DNA of 64,000 nucleotides from Eledone cirrhosa (Eukaryota): NCBI GenBank assembly GCA_964016885.1, contig OZ024746.1, positions 70,308,001 to 70,372,000 of the forward strand, read 5' to 3'. Shown piece by piece: positions 1 to 14,095 of this stretch (position 1 is its first letter; each line of letters starts with the position of its first letter). The notes under the pieces were generated by a model. It saw only the letters and a program-made list of their open reading frames with translations, ran no database searches and was not told where the DNA came from. The position numbers and the translations under genes were made by a program.

Positions 1-570
1 CACCATTTCAAATTGTATAAGAAATGTAAACATTGAAATTTTAAGAATGATCCTGCACAACGATATTTAAATGTTGAACTTAAAATTTTCTTTAATGTCA
101 CATTGTGGTTCCGTTAGTAAATTTTAAATGGGTGACGGATTAAGTACCCCTTTACTTGTTCCGGCTCTCTGTGCTCTGTGTTCAAATCCTGTCAAAGTTA
201 ACTTTGCCTGTCATTGTTTCAGGGTCGATAAATAAAGTACAAGTCGTTGACGGCGGGTTGATGGAATTGTGAAAAAGACGGATGGGTTACTTTCGATTCT
301 ATGCATTCTGAGTACAAATCTTTCCCTCTGTCACTGGAAAGATCAATGAAAATATAATTTCCTTGGTCTGATCTGAAGATGAACTCTTTCCATTTCCTAG
401 TTTTAAAAATCTCCCTTATCTAGTTATCATATTTATCTCAATTTAATAAAATAACGATATATTAACCAAGATTCTACTTAACTGAGTTTAATCAATAACA
501 CACACACATATATAATATATATATACATATAATATATATAATATATATATATATAATATATATATAATAT

Positions 571-612
<42 letters not shown>

Positions 613-829
613 ATATATAGTGTTGTGTGCCCTTGTATTCTAAATAACAACTAAATAAGCTGGCTTTGTTTTACAAACACCCTTCTACTTCATTAAAAAC
701 AGCTATTTTTTTTTAATAAATACTCTACTCACCCTAAAGTTATTAGTAATAATAAACGTAGCACAAGATACTTTAAGGTTTGGGTTGAATTTCTATGAAA
801 ATATCTCTGTTGGGATATTCGGTACGTAC

Positions 830-881
830 CACTTGCGTACACAACGGCGAAAAAGAAGAGTACTGGAGCTGAAAACTTCAT
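830..881 (-). CDS. Exon 1 (signal peptide) of paralog C; rest of gene runs off the left end of the window
   Basis: Reverse complement reads ATG AAG TTT TCA GCT CCA GTA CTC TTC TTT TTC GCC GTT GTG TAC GCA AGT G|GTACGT = MKFSAPVLFFFAVVYAS, 52 nt, phase-1 donor. Same length, phase and MK-hydrophobic-Y pattern as exon 1 of genes A and B. TATAAA at 940-945. Confidence 0.7.
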
Positions 882-939
882 GGTGTTTTGGTCTTCTGGT
901 TCGTTTCCAACTTACAGGAGCTTTACAATCTGAGCTTAG

Positions 940-965
940 TTTATATTACTAATTCAGCAGATGGT
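940..965 (-). promoter_or_regulatory. TATA box plus E-box (ACCATCTG) of paralog C
   Basis: tttata at 940-945 (TATAAA on minus) and cagatggt at 958-965; similar arrangement upstream of genes A and B. Confidence 0.45.
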
Positions 966-1711
966 TCATTCTCAAGATAATTGTTTACTGAAAGTAAAAA
1001 GATCACGCCCACTTTGACATACATACTATAAGTTTAAATTTTAGTTAAGATCTATTCTCACTTTCGTCACTTTCTTCAATCCAGTCTGTAGTATACTGTA
1101 AGAAATTGAACGAAATGAAAAGAAATAAAGAAGTGGGCTGTAAAAATGATCGCCAACAGGTGTTTTTTTGTTTATTAGATAAACATTTTGTTTGAAATAC
1201 TTTCCTTTCTCTTCAATAAACTATTCTCCCTATTATGTGAGAATCAACGCAGAAACTCACATAACATACAAAAGCCCCAATACACTCATAGGACAATTTA
1301 AATCCAGCACGACAAATAAGCCAATTGTTAGTCATGTACAACTAACGTTTATTTGGTTAGAAAAAGAAATCACTGTCATTGTTGCAATCCATGAGGTTTA
1401 CTTTGTAAAGGCACAGAATCATAAATATGAATTGAAATTGCTCGAATATTAATTCCTTAAGTTTTTATAGTGTTGTATCAAAAATTAACATATGCTAGCA
1501 AAATTATGTTAAATATCGTTTTGTAAATCTAAATTAGTACACTCATTATTCTATTGTTCACTATTAATATTGTTTTATAAATTTCTTTATTTCACAAATC
1601 GTAAAAGGTGATATAAAGATATATAGGTTACAGATAACTTTAATATAGAAAATCATGTTTATGTACTTTTAAAGTTTATTTGCTCATAGTGTAAAGTCAT
1701 AGTATTCGGCG

Positions 1712-2385
1712 CAGGGGTGGTGGAAGCATTTCTTAATGAGGGGAGGGGTCAAATTTGGACAATTTAGTTGTAGTGATTAGTTTAGCTCTATGAACTCTCA
1801 AATGGTCAGAAAACTTCGATATGCGATAAACACAACATGGACATAAATTGTACCCCTCTCTATATCAATTAACACCAAACTCCCCCCCCCCTCTCTATAT
1901 CTACTACACCAAACTCTCTTCCAATATCCCCCTCTATATAAATTAACACCAAACTATCCCCCTCTCTATAAATACTACACGGAACTCTCTTCCAATCCCC
2001 CCTCTCTATATCAATTAAAACCAAAATCTCCCCCTCTGTATATCTACTACACGGAATCCTCTTCCACTCCCCCTATCTATAACAATAAACATCAATATTT
2101 GCCCCTCTCTATATCTAATATACAACACACTCTCCCAACCCCCTCTCTATATCAATTACCACCAAACTATCCTCCTCTCTATCTACCATACAACATTCTC
2201 TCTCTCTCTTTCTCTCTCACTCTATCCATCACTACCAACCTTTCCCCTCTCTATATCTACTACACGGGACTCTCTTCCAATCGCCCTTTCTATATCAATA
2301 AACATCAACCTCTCCCCTTCTCTATATCTACTATACGGAACTCTCTTCCAATCCCTCTCTAAATCAACGCCAAACTCTCCCCCTC
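1712..2385 (+). mobile_element. Dispersed repeat (probable non-autonomous DNA transposon) with a CAGGGG head and CT-rich internal subrepeats; runs into the gap
   Basis: 1712-1850 closely matches 16061-16200, followed by degenerate ctctctatatc/accaaactctcccc subrepeats also seen at 16260-16790 and inverted at 49130-49770. Confidence 0.55.
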
Positions 2386-2585
2386 NNNNNNNNNNNNNNN
2401 NNNNNNNNNNNNNNNNNNNNNNNNNNNNNNNNNNNNNNNNNNNNNNNNNNNNNNNNNNNNNNNNNNNNNNNNNNNNNNNNNNNNNNNNNNNNNNNNNNNN
2501 NNNNNNNNNNNNNNNNNNNNNNNNNNNNNNNNNNNNNNNNNNNNNNNNNNNNNNNNNNNNNNNNNNNNNNNNNNNNNNNNNNNNN
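2386..2585. other. Assembly gap (200 N)
   Basis: Run of n. Confidence 0.99.
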
Positions 2586-2882
2586 CAACCGGACCAGAAT
2601 ATACATGCAGTTAAAAGCAATTCTAACAGGCTGACCTGTTTCTAGGAGAACTGACTGAAGAATTTCAATAGACTTATGGCTGGGGGAAGAGGGGGGGGGG
2701 TATGATATCTGACCAATGGGGTGAGGCCATATCCTTTGGACGCTGACATTCGTCCATTCTAAATCATATGCTTTCAGTTCCTTAGAGGACTAACACCACA
2801 CCCTGGATCTGAACATATCAATGAATTAATAAGGTAAAATCTATTACATTATGTTTTCCTGTTTTTTCTGTTCAAGTTCTTA

Positions 2883-2939
2883 CTGCCTGATGAGGCCATA
2901 ACTGTTGAATAATGGCTATCACTGAAATATATATTGCAG
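2883..2939 (+). ncRNA. Minimal type I hammerhead ribozyme motif (slightly degenerate)
   Basis: CTGC-CTGATGA-stem II (GCCAT...ATGGC)-GAAA-TATATA-TT-GCAG; same family as 29395-29450. Confidence 0.55.
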
Positions 2940-3092
2940 CGAATATTAATAAACGAAACTAATTTTATCCTGTTGACTTACACTTCTTCTTTTTACATTA
3001 CTCCGGAGTAAACAGACCAACCTGCGCACTTGCAACCTGCATACTGAGGTGGCGGTAGACAACCAACACATACTCAAAATTATATATATATG

Positions 3093-3130
<38 letters not shown>

Positions 3131-3180
3131 TAGGTAAATATACACGGGTGTGTATGATTGTGTATAGAAGATTATATTAA

Positions 3181-3952
<772 letters not shown>

Positions 3953-4182
3953 TATAAGAGTAAATGAACAAGGATTCAGGGTTGCATCATAACATATTTA
4001 ATAACATATTACATATGTTTCACTATCGATCAGCTCGAGGAGAGACCTATTATTGGTCGATGCAGAGTCCAGTTCGATCAATAATAGGTCTTTTCCTCGA
4101 GCTGATTGATAGAGAAACATATGTAATATGTTATTAAATATGTTATGATGCAACACTGAATCCTTGTTCATTTACTCTTATA
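3953..4182. repeat. About 230-bp fold-back hairpin element adjoining (TA)n
   Basis: 3953-4060 is the near-perfect reverse complement of 4073-4182. Confidence 0.85.
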
Positions 4183-4265
4183 GAATTATACTCTGCTCTG
4201 CGCGAGCATCGAGTGCTCAACCGGCATACCGCCTATGGACGCAATTTTTCCTGCAACCATACAAC

Positions 4266-4332
<67 letters not shown>

Positions 4333-4367
4333 AAACGAATCGAATATTAATAATACTATTATAATAT

Positions 4368-4558
4368 CGCGGCGGATTGGCAAAATCGGTAGAGGGTCGG
4401 ACGCCATGCTTTGAAGCATAGAGTTACCTCCCTTTATGATCTGAGTTCAAATCCCGCCGAGGTTAACTTTGCCTTTCATCCTTACGGGGTCGATAAAATA
4501 AAGTACCGGTAGTACACTGGGATAATTGCTGGCCTTGTGCCTAACGTAGAAACAATTA
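4368..4558 (+). mobile_element. SINE family 1, full length
   Basis: ggcggattggcaaaatcggtagag head, ctgagttcaaatcccgccgagg B-box, gcctttcatccttacggggtcgataaaa core, gtagaaacaattat tail. Confidence 0.88.
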
Positions 4559-4987
4559 TGAATCACTCACGAATGCATTTACGTATCCGTTATATTCGAG
4601 CGAAATCCAATTTTGGTTTCGCCTCTTTTAAATCTATAGATGTCTTTTAAATTTATAGATGTGACAGCTGTAGTGTGCAGAGTGTAAATATTTTAAAAAG
4701 AATCCAAGTCAGTGGTGTAGTATATATAGAAACTTTATTTGCATATTGCAATTGTTTCGATATCGATCTGTCACACGTGCTTATTTATTTTTGTTCTTAC
4801 AAACAAATTGTTTTTCGTTCATTGCCTTGTCCTCACTTTGTTCAGTTTCTTAAGTTTATATCTATCAATCTATCTAGGGCAGGTAAAATTCCCGAGATCC
4901 ATGGACGAGTGAGTTCTCTCCAGCGGTCTCTGTCCCTCATCATCGCTGCCATGTCCTGAGTCTCCAAGAGACCTGTGTCTGTCCTTA

Positions 4988-5018
<31 letters not shown>

Positions 5019-5026
<8 letters not shown>

Positions 5027-5160
5027 TAAAATAACAGATTAAAGTTTAAGCAAAGAATCGCTGCTTTCACCCTTAACGGAATCTTCTGAAACTAAGATCC
5101 CGTTAAGGGTGAAAGCAGCGATTCTTTGCTTAAACTTTAATCTGTTATTTTAATAAATAT
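5019..5160. repeat. About 140-bp fold-back hairpin next to (TA)n; a single arm also occurs at 28278-28347
   Basis: Arms of about 67 bp are reverse-complementary around the loop ctgaaact. Confidence 0.85.
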
Positions 5161-5245
5161 TTGCTCTACGGTTTTTATATATTTGATATATATTTATCCT
5201 TATTGAGCCCTCTTTGGATTTTAGTCTTCAAATTTATTATTATTA

Positions 5246-5330
<85 letters not shown>

Positions 5331-5537
5331 AAACAGAAGGTATTTGTCGCTGATATACACCGAATATCGATAAATGATAGCTAAAAATATCACTTAGAGA
5401 ATCATATATACATATATAGATAACTTTTACTAAGTTACCGAAATATGTATATATATTTCCTACTATATCGAGCATAAAACTGATAATATTTTTTGTCATT
5501 GTACTGTGTCGTTTGCTTTCTTAGTTCTGTTTGCCTT

Positions 5538-5568
<31 letters not shown>

Positions 5569-6169
5569 AATTAATAAAAACAATGAAATAAAAACAAAGA
5601 ACAAGTTCCTTATATTAAAAAATTCATCATTTTACGATCGTTTCTAGGATGTATATGTGTGTTGGTATGTATATCATATAGATCTATGGAAAAATATTAC
5701 AAATTATCAGAGGAAATATACATACCTTCACATATACATGATATTTGGATTACATTGAGTTCTTCATACGGATTGGACACTACCGTATATTTTGGTAGAT
5801 TTATCTACATATATATGTATATATATATACGATATTAACCAATGGAACCTATATTTATAAAACCATATTTATTTCATTATTATACTAATTTAATGATCGC
5901 TTATATTATGGTACGTCAAAATTATTTATAAAACTGTTTATATATTGTATTTTATCTGACGAAGGCATGCCATATTTTTAATATGGTATCCCTGAAATAT
6001 GTATAATGAAATAAATATGGTTTTATAAATATAGTTTCCATTGGTTAATATCGTATATCTACTCCAAAAACTTGTCGAGTGCTTTATATCAGTTATAAAA
6101 TATTTACTTGTTGTAACCCAACAATTTAAAATAAAACTTTTGCATATATATATATATATAATAATAAAT

Positions 6170-6216
6170 TGCTCCGAAGAATCCAAACCTCGATTTGGAG
6201 GAAACAGCTGTAAGCA
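6170..6216 (+). ncRNA. Minimal hammerhead-like motif (CCGAAGA core variant)
   Basis: TGCT-CCGAAGA-ATCCAAA cctcga TTTGGAG-GAAA-CAGCTG-TA-AGCA: stem I TGCT/AGCA, 6-bp stem II, palindromic stem III, GUA triplet. Confidence 0.5.
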
Positions 6217-6289
6217 CAATAATGTTTTGAACAGTTCTTTGATTCTTATATTTCATATATATATATATATATATATTTCTCGGTAGAGA

Positions 6290-9200
6290 ACGGGTCACAG
6301 GTGGCACAGAACGATATGGCTACTAAATATGATGGTTAGTTGTGATATATGCGGGCTCCTGTCGGATGATTAAGCAAACCTGGACCAACAGTGGTAAACT
6401 ACTAGGGGAGATGGAGCAGTGCGTGACACTGTTATCTCCCATGAAAATTCTCACAAACCAGTGATGTACCCACAATGAAGCGAGTAAAGACCGCCTCTAA
6501 ATAAGCCGTCTTCTCGGGTTTGAGGAAAGTATCAGATTGGTGACTGGCGCGAATGAGACCACCATAACACTTCAAAAGGGCCAGGAACAGTAAAGATATC
6601 CATAGCACATCGTCCTTCGCACATGATAACAAGGGACGCGTTCAGGCCTTAAGTAGAGGGGCCTGTTCGAAAATATATATTGATGTTTCCATCCAACGCT
6701 GCAAGAACTGGCGATGGGCCTGTGACCTGTCCCGAAAGACGTGGGATGGAAGTACAAAGGCTTCGTATCCCGAAACCATGACAATTGGTAACTGGAACGT
6801 TAAAATCCTTACAGGAAAGGAGCAGGGACTAGTGGATGAGGCCAGATGTTACCGGTTTGATATAAGCGGAATTTCCACAACATAGTTCCGTGGCTCTGGT
6901 ACTGTAGATTTGGATTGACGACGGAAACTGCAAAAACTACATAGGCGGAAATGGAGATGCTCCCAAGTCCTTAACTGTCGGAATGTGTTATGGAATGGAT
7001 CCCATTGGGAGAGAGGATTTACTTTTTGAAGCTTAGGCTGAAAAGAGGTCTCTGTGTTTAGAGCAAGTTTATGTGACAAAGAAAATCTGAATACAGATCG
7101 CTCCTTGATGAAGTTACATATAGTGAAGACTGAGTCAAATATCACAATGGAAGACTTCAATGCTCATGTTGGCACAAACCATCTGAGACGGAAAGGAGGG
7201 ACTGGAAGGAACGGCAACTCTCAACTAAAAGTCAGTATCGGTAGAGGGTCGGGCGCCCTGCTTTGACGCATAGAGTTACGGCCCTTGCTATTCTGAGTTC
7301 AAATCTCACCGAGGTTAACTTTGCTTTCATCCTTACGGGGTCGATAAAATAAAGTACCAGTAATGTACTGGGTAATTGCTGGCCTTGTGCCAATAGTAGA
7401 AACAATTATTAGACTACTGTTCATGGCGGTGGGCTGGCAGTATCGGTAGAGAGTCGGACGCCATGCTTTGTAGCATAGAGTTACGCCCCTTTATGATCTG
7501 AGTTCAAATCCTGCCGAGGTTAACTTTGCCTTTCATCCTTACGGGGTCGATAAAATAAAGTACCAGTAATACACTGAGATAATTGCTGACCTTGTGCCAA
7601 AAATATAAACAATTATTAGACTACTGCTCGAGTAACGGTCTTTCTATTATGAACACCTTTTTCTAGCATAAAGATATCAATATCTACACATGGTGTAAAG
7701 GAAATCTGGGAGAGAAGTCAGTAATTGATTTTTTTATTGTCTCTGATTTCTTCGATTTTAGTGTTAAGAGATGGGCTGGGCTGTCAACTGACTACCATCT
7801 AGTTATCTACAACCTGAAACTACCTAAATTCAAGAAAATCCACAAATCTGGCAGGTCAAAGTTGAACTACAGAATAAGGTAGGAAACACTAGCTGATAAG
7901 GATATGCTAATACTATTGCATCCAAATTCAGAGAATTCCATGATCAAACTGAGGAAGTTGAAAAGAAGTGAAGACTGTTAAACTCGACAGTTTTTGCTTC
8001 AGCTGTTAAATGTTGCGAGCGAAAGCGGCTCGGTGAGGTGCCAGGTAGCAGGAAGAACCCTCAAATGAATCGGGAGGTTAAAGATGCCATCCGAGCAAAG
8101 AAAGAGGCCTACGAAGTTTGAATTAGAAATAATTTTTCCTTTTTAAACTCTCAGTATAAGCAAGCGCAAAAAGTCACAACTGTTAAGTCATCTATGGTTA
8201 AGACATGGGAGGACTTTGGGTTTGCTGGAATCTGACTTTAGATCAACAAATAAAATATTGTGGCAGACCATCTGTAGACTTCGTAATAAGAACCTCTCTA
8301 TGTCTGCTATCAGGAACTCGCCTGAGTTTCTTCTCTCTGAAGAGAGGTGCATCAACATGAACGGCCTTAACAACATGTTTTATGTACATGAGGTGCATCA
8401 AAATATGAAGGCTAACTTCACTGAGGCTGAAGTCACCAAAGCAATTAAAGTGCTTAAATATTTTAAAAGTCTTAAATACAGAAGGTATGCTCTGACTGGC
8501 TCATATGTGCTGAGTGGCCTTGTTCTCTTGAAAGGCACCATAAAAAGGATAATTTTCAAAGAGGAAAACAAGAGAGGTTGCACTAATTATGAAATAATAT
8601 CCTTGTTAAGCCTTGTTAAGCAATAATATCTATGCTGTCTGGCAAAGAGATGTAGAGACATTGTGGAGTCCAAGTTCACTGTTAAACGGTGTGGTAGAAC
8701 TCGTTCAAGTTCTACTAAGGAGTGTATTCTTGTTTCGTAGACCTCGAAAAGGCATATGACCGCGTTCCGCGGCACTTATGGAAGGTTCTGTGGGAGTATG
8801 AGATCGATGGTCTGCTTCTTGTTGCTCTGAAGTTGCTATACGAATGCGCTAGTATTTGTATTCGGATACATAGTGCTAAATCGAAACGATTCAATGTGGG
8901 TGTTGGACTCTGCCAAGGGTGCAGCATGCCACCTCTCATGTTCATAATCTTCATGAATAGGGTTGACATGAACATCCAGGTTGGAAATTATATCAAGACT
9001 GACGGATGTAGGATCAGTCGGCTGTAGTTTGCAGACGACATGGCACTACCTAACTCGCCGGAAGGTAATCTCCGCATGCACTGAATAGGTTTGCTACCGA
9101 GTGCTGCAAGACAAGGAGGAAAATCCACTCAAGGAACTTTGCGCAGTGCACTCTTCATGTGGGTGGCGCTCAACTGAAACACGTGGAGAAATTCAAGTAT

Positions 9201-9585
9201 CTTGGGGTCGTTTTCACGATTGATGAAAAGCAGGAGGCTGAATTAAATGCAAAAATTGCTGATGTTTGTAATTCGCCAGCTTCAGTACTCGGTAATCAGA
9301 AAAAAAGTAGGTGTAAAAGCCAAACGCTCTAAATTCAATTCGGTGTTCGTACCTACCCTCACCTATGGTTATGAATCGTAGATAATGACCGAAAGAGTAT
9401 GATCGTAAATACAGACGACTGAAATTGGATTTCTCTGAAGGGTCTGTAGAGCAACGTAGCTGTGAGATCAGGGAGTTGCTCCAGACAGAACCGCTAGTTC
9501 TCCGAACCGGTACTACGGACATGTGGTTAGAATGTTTAAGGAAAGATCTGCTGGACAGATTTTACGGGCAAAACCAACTGAATCT
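6290..9585 (+). mobile_element. Degenerate RTE-clade LINE (APE + RT)
   Basis: GNWNVKILTGKE APE start near 6787, MEDFNAHVG, RT motifs SCFVDLEKAYDRVPR and GVGLCQGCSMPPLMF, FADD, VEKFKYLG; many stops and frameshifts. Confidence 0.85.
7231..7617 (+). mobile_element. Two tandem SINE family 1 copies inserted in the RTE
   Basis: Two consensus matches (7231-7409, 7425-7617), each followed by aattattagactactg. Confidence 0.85.
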
Positions 9586-9609
9586 ATAATTTAAAATGTT
9601 ACCCATAGA

Positions 9610-10305
9610 TTGTGTCATGAGCTGGCTGGTCTGTTGATCAAACTAGTGGAACACACACTTTCGCTAGGCATGTTTTCTCCCAACTCGTCTCCTCAATGGA
9701 GTTACAATCCTGGGTCAAGCGGGGACCGAAAGTCCCGCGGAAGAGAATGTCTAGTTGATTTTGAGCGAGGCCCAGAGTTTCCCCAAGAATGTCGTTGCTT
9801 TTACCCACCACTAACGCTCTACAGAACGCCAAGGTGGAGTTTCCATCGATTGTAGTGCCCGATTGGCTGCGGGTTGTGCGCGCTTGAAGACATTCTAGCC
9901 TTCAAGCACTCCCCCTAGGTCTCCGCTCTACCCAGGGTTGCAGTTCCGTCAAAGAGACGAGCCGAGGAAAAACGTGCCTAGCAAATGGCGACCACACCTG
10001 TTCGCCGTTCAAAAAAAGCCGGAAATGTCGTAGTCTTAGCGCATATGTGTGCATCATCAGCCACGGCATGCCCAGTCCTCCACGCAGCGGGTGTTGACTG
10101 CAGATGGACCGTCTGGCCATCAGAGCGCGTCCTTTCCACAAAAAATAAAATAGCAAACGCTCCAGTCCAGTCAGACGAGGCACAACGGTCAAGCTATAGT
10201 AGATGGCGAACGCGTTCGCCACTTCCACTCGACCTTTCAGGCATAGTTTCCTCTCAACCCATTTCTTGGTGAGAGTGGCCACCTTGCTCACCACCTCGTC
10301 CCAGT
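9610..10305 (-). mobile_element. Tx1/L1-like LINE ORF2 3' fragment
   Basis: WVERKLCLKGRVEVAN...FLWKG...GGLGMPWLM, homologous to 39416-40438 and 44370-44783. Confidence 0.85.
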
Positions 10306-10469
10306 AGGATTTTCTTCATGAGTTACCCTCGGAGGTATCCCCACTTTGGGGGAATTTGTTATGAGGTCCTTGTTGCAACTTAACAGAAAACTAAGTACCC
10401 CGGTGCATTATCCATCTGCACTGCGTGACAGAACTACAATAATAATATTAATAATAATAATATGAACAC

Positions 10470-10835
10470 AAACTACAACCAGTAATTGAAACTGAAGGAG
10501 TTAAAACCCTTGGTAACTTTACTATCCACACAGATCGTACCATTAATTCAAACCGCTCTGATATTATTATTAAAGATTTTTTAAAACAAGACCTACTTAC
10601 TCATTGATATGACTGTACAAGCTGACAGAAATATGTCAGCAGAAGAGTAAGAAAAACTTACAAAGTATAAAGATCTTGAAATTAAGATAAATGGAATGTG
10701 GCACCTTAAACCGCAAACTATTCTGGTAGTGATGAGTGAAAAAGAAAGGTGTTCAAATATTGCTAGAAAACATACCTGGCAAACCTAGCAGCTATGAAAT
10801 CCAAAAGATAGTTTTAACAAGTACCGCCCACATAA
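10470..10835 (+). mobile_element. 3' fragment of an R4/Dong-like non-LTR element (restriction-like endonuclease)
   Basis: Translates as TDRTINSNRSDIIIKD..LLIDMTV..KLTKYKDLEIKINGMW, the R(P)D-x-D-K-x-KY REL signature. Confidence 0.7.
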
Positions 10836-11194
10836 ATGTTTGTCTTTGTAATATATGTCACTATATTTCTGGGGGAGGATATAATAGATTTAATTGGTTT
10901 TTAATGCCATTCAAATTTTATCAATGTAAAATTAATTCATATCTTTTATATTTTTTCATACTTCTATTTATCTCCTTTTACCTTTCTATACTTATTAAAT
11001 CGATCCCAGTACGTTTCTGGTACTTTATTTTATTGACCCCGTTAGGATGAAAGGCAAAGCTAACCTCGGCGAGATTTAGAACGTAAAGGGGTGTAATTAC
11101 GTTCTGAGTTCAAATAATAATAGGTACTCGAAAAGGTTGTTTATAATCATTTTATTTCTATAAATGAACATTAAAAAGTAGTCTAAAACAAGTT

Positions 11195-11383
11195 TTAAGG
11201 TTCAAACATTCCTTGTGCTGCTTTGATAGCCTTTTGTTTGGTCGATTCTCTCAATTCCCTCATGATAGTGTCATTAGGTCTGAACACTTTTGATTCATAA
11301 TATCCTCGGATTCCACTTTTGTCCTTTTGTACAAACAATATTCTGTCACTTCTCCTGAAGGCAAATAACTGAATACGGAAAAG
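11195..11383 (-). CDS. Gene A exon 6 (last): LFRIQLFAFR...GMFEP*
   Basis: Pyrimidine tract and CAG acceptor at 11384-11386; 189 nt to TAA; AATAAA at 11151-11156; 37/62 aa identical to the gene B last exon, which has the same length. Confidence 0.9.
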   Translation of the reverse strand, partial: LFRIQLFAFRRSDRILFVQKDKSGIRGYYESKVFRPNDTIMRELRESTKQKAIKAAQGMFEP

Positions 11384-11525
11384 CTGAAAAAGGAAATAGA
11401 AAACAATTTTGAAACAAATTTTCTTTCTCTTAAATCACATGAATGGAGAAGTCCAGATTCTTTAGCAAAGAGGAATTTGATTCAAAATTTGACTGATGAC
11501 AGTACCAAGATAGAAGAATTTAAAA

Positions 11526-11821
11526 CAGGGGCGTGCAACAGGCGGCCCGCTGGTCACAATCCGGCCAACCAGACCAGTCAGAGTGGCCTGCGATGGCCTT
11601 TTTTAATTTTTACCTTGTAGACTTATTTAGAATTTTTTTCGTAATCGTAATACAAAAAGGGCTTCACTGATACGGTTATGTGTGTTATGATTTCCCAGTT
11701 CTATGTTATGGAAAGAAGTTGTGGTGAATCTTTGGAATAGTGCTTAATAAGTATTAATGGCCCTAATAGATGTTTCAATGTTCAAAAGTGGCCCACCAAT
11801 GGAATATGTTGCACACACCTG
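11526..11821. mobile_element. hAT-superfamily MITE
   Basis: TIRs CAGGGGCGTGCAACA / TGTTGCACACACCTG; 8-bp TSD atttaaaa at 11518-11525 and 11822-11829. Confidence 0.85.
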
Positions 11822-13331
11822 ATTTAAAATGATAGTCTAATATAGTAGAATGTTCCCGAACATGGCGGAACGTTGTGTCCTTCAGAGAGACACTTTATTT
11901 CACGTTGCTCCAGTCCAATCAGCTTGCAAAAATGAGCTGCGATTACATTGTTGCCAAACTGTATCGACCTTTTCTTTTCTTGTCGACATCGGTGGCGTGG
12001 AGAGGAGGTGAATGACATACTTAAGCGACTGCTGTTCTTCTACGAAATATTTTTCCCAGGTTTGTCTTGCAGATGAATTTTCCAGGTGCAATTCCCAGAT
12101 CATTCATGACTGAATTAGAACATTAGAAGCTTGAATAACCTAATAGGCTTTTTTCTAAATTCATTTTGTTAATTTTAACTAATTTACCAGTATTAAATAT
12201 ATATGACCATCAACTTGTGTACATTTATTTTAGTTTGTTTTTTAGTGTAGACTAAATTTTCCCTGGTTTGACCGATAGATTCTTTGTGGGGGTTTTATCA
12301 CATTATTCTAGTTAATGTTTGTTTATCATTTTAGGAAATTCTATCTACTGCAGGTATTTTCTCATGTCATGGGGAAAGTGTTAAATTTATTATAACACAG
12401 TTTACTGAGTTAAAGGAAATATGTAGCAACAGGTCTAGGGTGTATAACTGTAATAGATTATCGCCCTATCCAAAGACAATTCATTTATAATCTGCTAAAT
12501 TCTACTGAATCTAGAACGAAACACTGGCTTTTTGAATCGTGGATATTTTAGGATTAATGAAGGTGGCAAATTACCAGAAGTGTTAAAGCAGCGTATGAAA
12601 TGCTTTGTGAGATTTATTCCAGTTTTTTTTGCGTTCTGAGTTCAAACCTCATTGAGATCAACTTTGCCTTTCAACCTTTCGAGGTCAATAAATATAGTAC
12701 CAGTCTAAAGTATTTGACCAGCGAAATCGTTATAGTGTCAGGTGGAAAGCCTTCCGGTATCTATTTCGGTTCTTTGTATACAGAAAAGAGTACAAATTTG
12801 GTTGTGGCCGTCCAGGCATCATGGAAGAAATTAGAGCTCTCAACATGTACACATCTGTTGTTAACTTTGGATATGCATTAGATCAATTGAGTGCAGATGA
12901 CACATTGTATTGATGAATATCTGGCTACTTTCATATTATATTTTGTCAATAATCTATATATAAATTTGAGTGATTTCCGTCCGTCCATCCTTTCGTCACA
13001 CAGTGTGTGTGTGTTTTGTGTGTATGTATGTGTAAAAGGAAAGCAGGGGATGGTGAAAAAACTGTAGCAAAACAGCGGCTGGCGTTCCATGTCTGTGTTT
13101 GCGCGTTTGTGTTTATATACTCATACATATAAATGTATGCATATGCACATACGCACGCACAACGTGTTGGAAAAAAATCTTAGTTAAATAAATTCATAGG
13201 ATTATTGCTTAGAATTTGTTTCATTATATAACTTCATTTTTATATTCACGTAAACATTGTTTTTTTTTCTTTATTTGTTTTTTTTTGTTTTGTTTTTTTT
13301 TTGTCAATATGATGCACAAATACAAACATAC

Positions 13332-13553
13332 CTTGAAGTAAGGATGCTCTGGATCAGGATAACGAACGACACCAACATCAACAACACTACGTTCAGCATA
13401 ATCACTTTTCATGATTAAGGATTCCAAACTGTCAACTGTTGCACCGGTGAGACCCACAATGTTTGCAAAGTCTACGATGTCAATTCTGGTGGATGCTAAA
13501 ATATCTGTATCTTTGATGAGTTCATTTGCAAACCATTCAGCAACATCATTTAC
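13332..13553 (-). CDS. Gene A exon 5: VNDVAEWFANELI...VRYPDPEHPYFK
   Basis: CAG acceptor, GTATGT donor, 222 nt, phase 0/0; 38/74 aa identical to gene B exon 52182-52403. Confidence 0.92.
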
Positions 13554-13734
13554 CTGAGATTAGAAACGAAAAGAAGTTAGTCAATTTCAATAATTTAAAT
13601 GAATTCTTTTATTCAACACAATATAATGTTATCGTCTGACTGACATTCTAGACGTGTCAAACCTGTCTTCTTAGACCCTGGTAATCTAAAGGGCCCACGT
13701 ACATATTTCCCTATATCAATAATGCTATGACTCG

Positions 13735-14095
13735 TAAAGTAATCCAGCCGCAACCTGGTGCACTCTGCGACTAACCCAGGTTCTGCTGCACGTCGGGCTG
13801 AGGAGGCCAAACTCTTCAAATACCGGTCGCTCGCCGACTTGTTTGCGGTTGTACTCTTGGCAGTGGAGACTTCTGGTGTCCTCGGCCCCAGGGCCACCTC
13901 CCTACTCATCACCATAGGCGCTGAGCTAGCCAGTCGCAGGTGTGAGCCTCGGGAGCTGGAATGGCTTTTCCAGCGCGCCTCCCTTGCCTTCCTCCGGAGA
14001 AACGCCTTCTCCATTCTGTCCGCCGGGGCTGTGGGGAGGCCACCAATATGATTGACTGACTTGTCATTTTATCAGTCAGATGTTCTAATGATTCT
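13735..14095 (+). mobile_element. 3' end of a CRE-like (REL-endonuclease) non-LTR retrotransposon
   Basis: GSAARRAEEAKLFKY...AVETSGVLGP...LFQRASLAFLRRNA matches the C-terminal K-x-x-KY / ET-x-G / QR-x-S-x-A-x-x-RGNA pattern of CRE elements; GC-rich island. Confidence 0.75.

Noticed and set aside
4368-4470. tRNA-like A/B boxes
   Set aside because: SINE heads; no complete cloverleaf.
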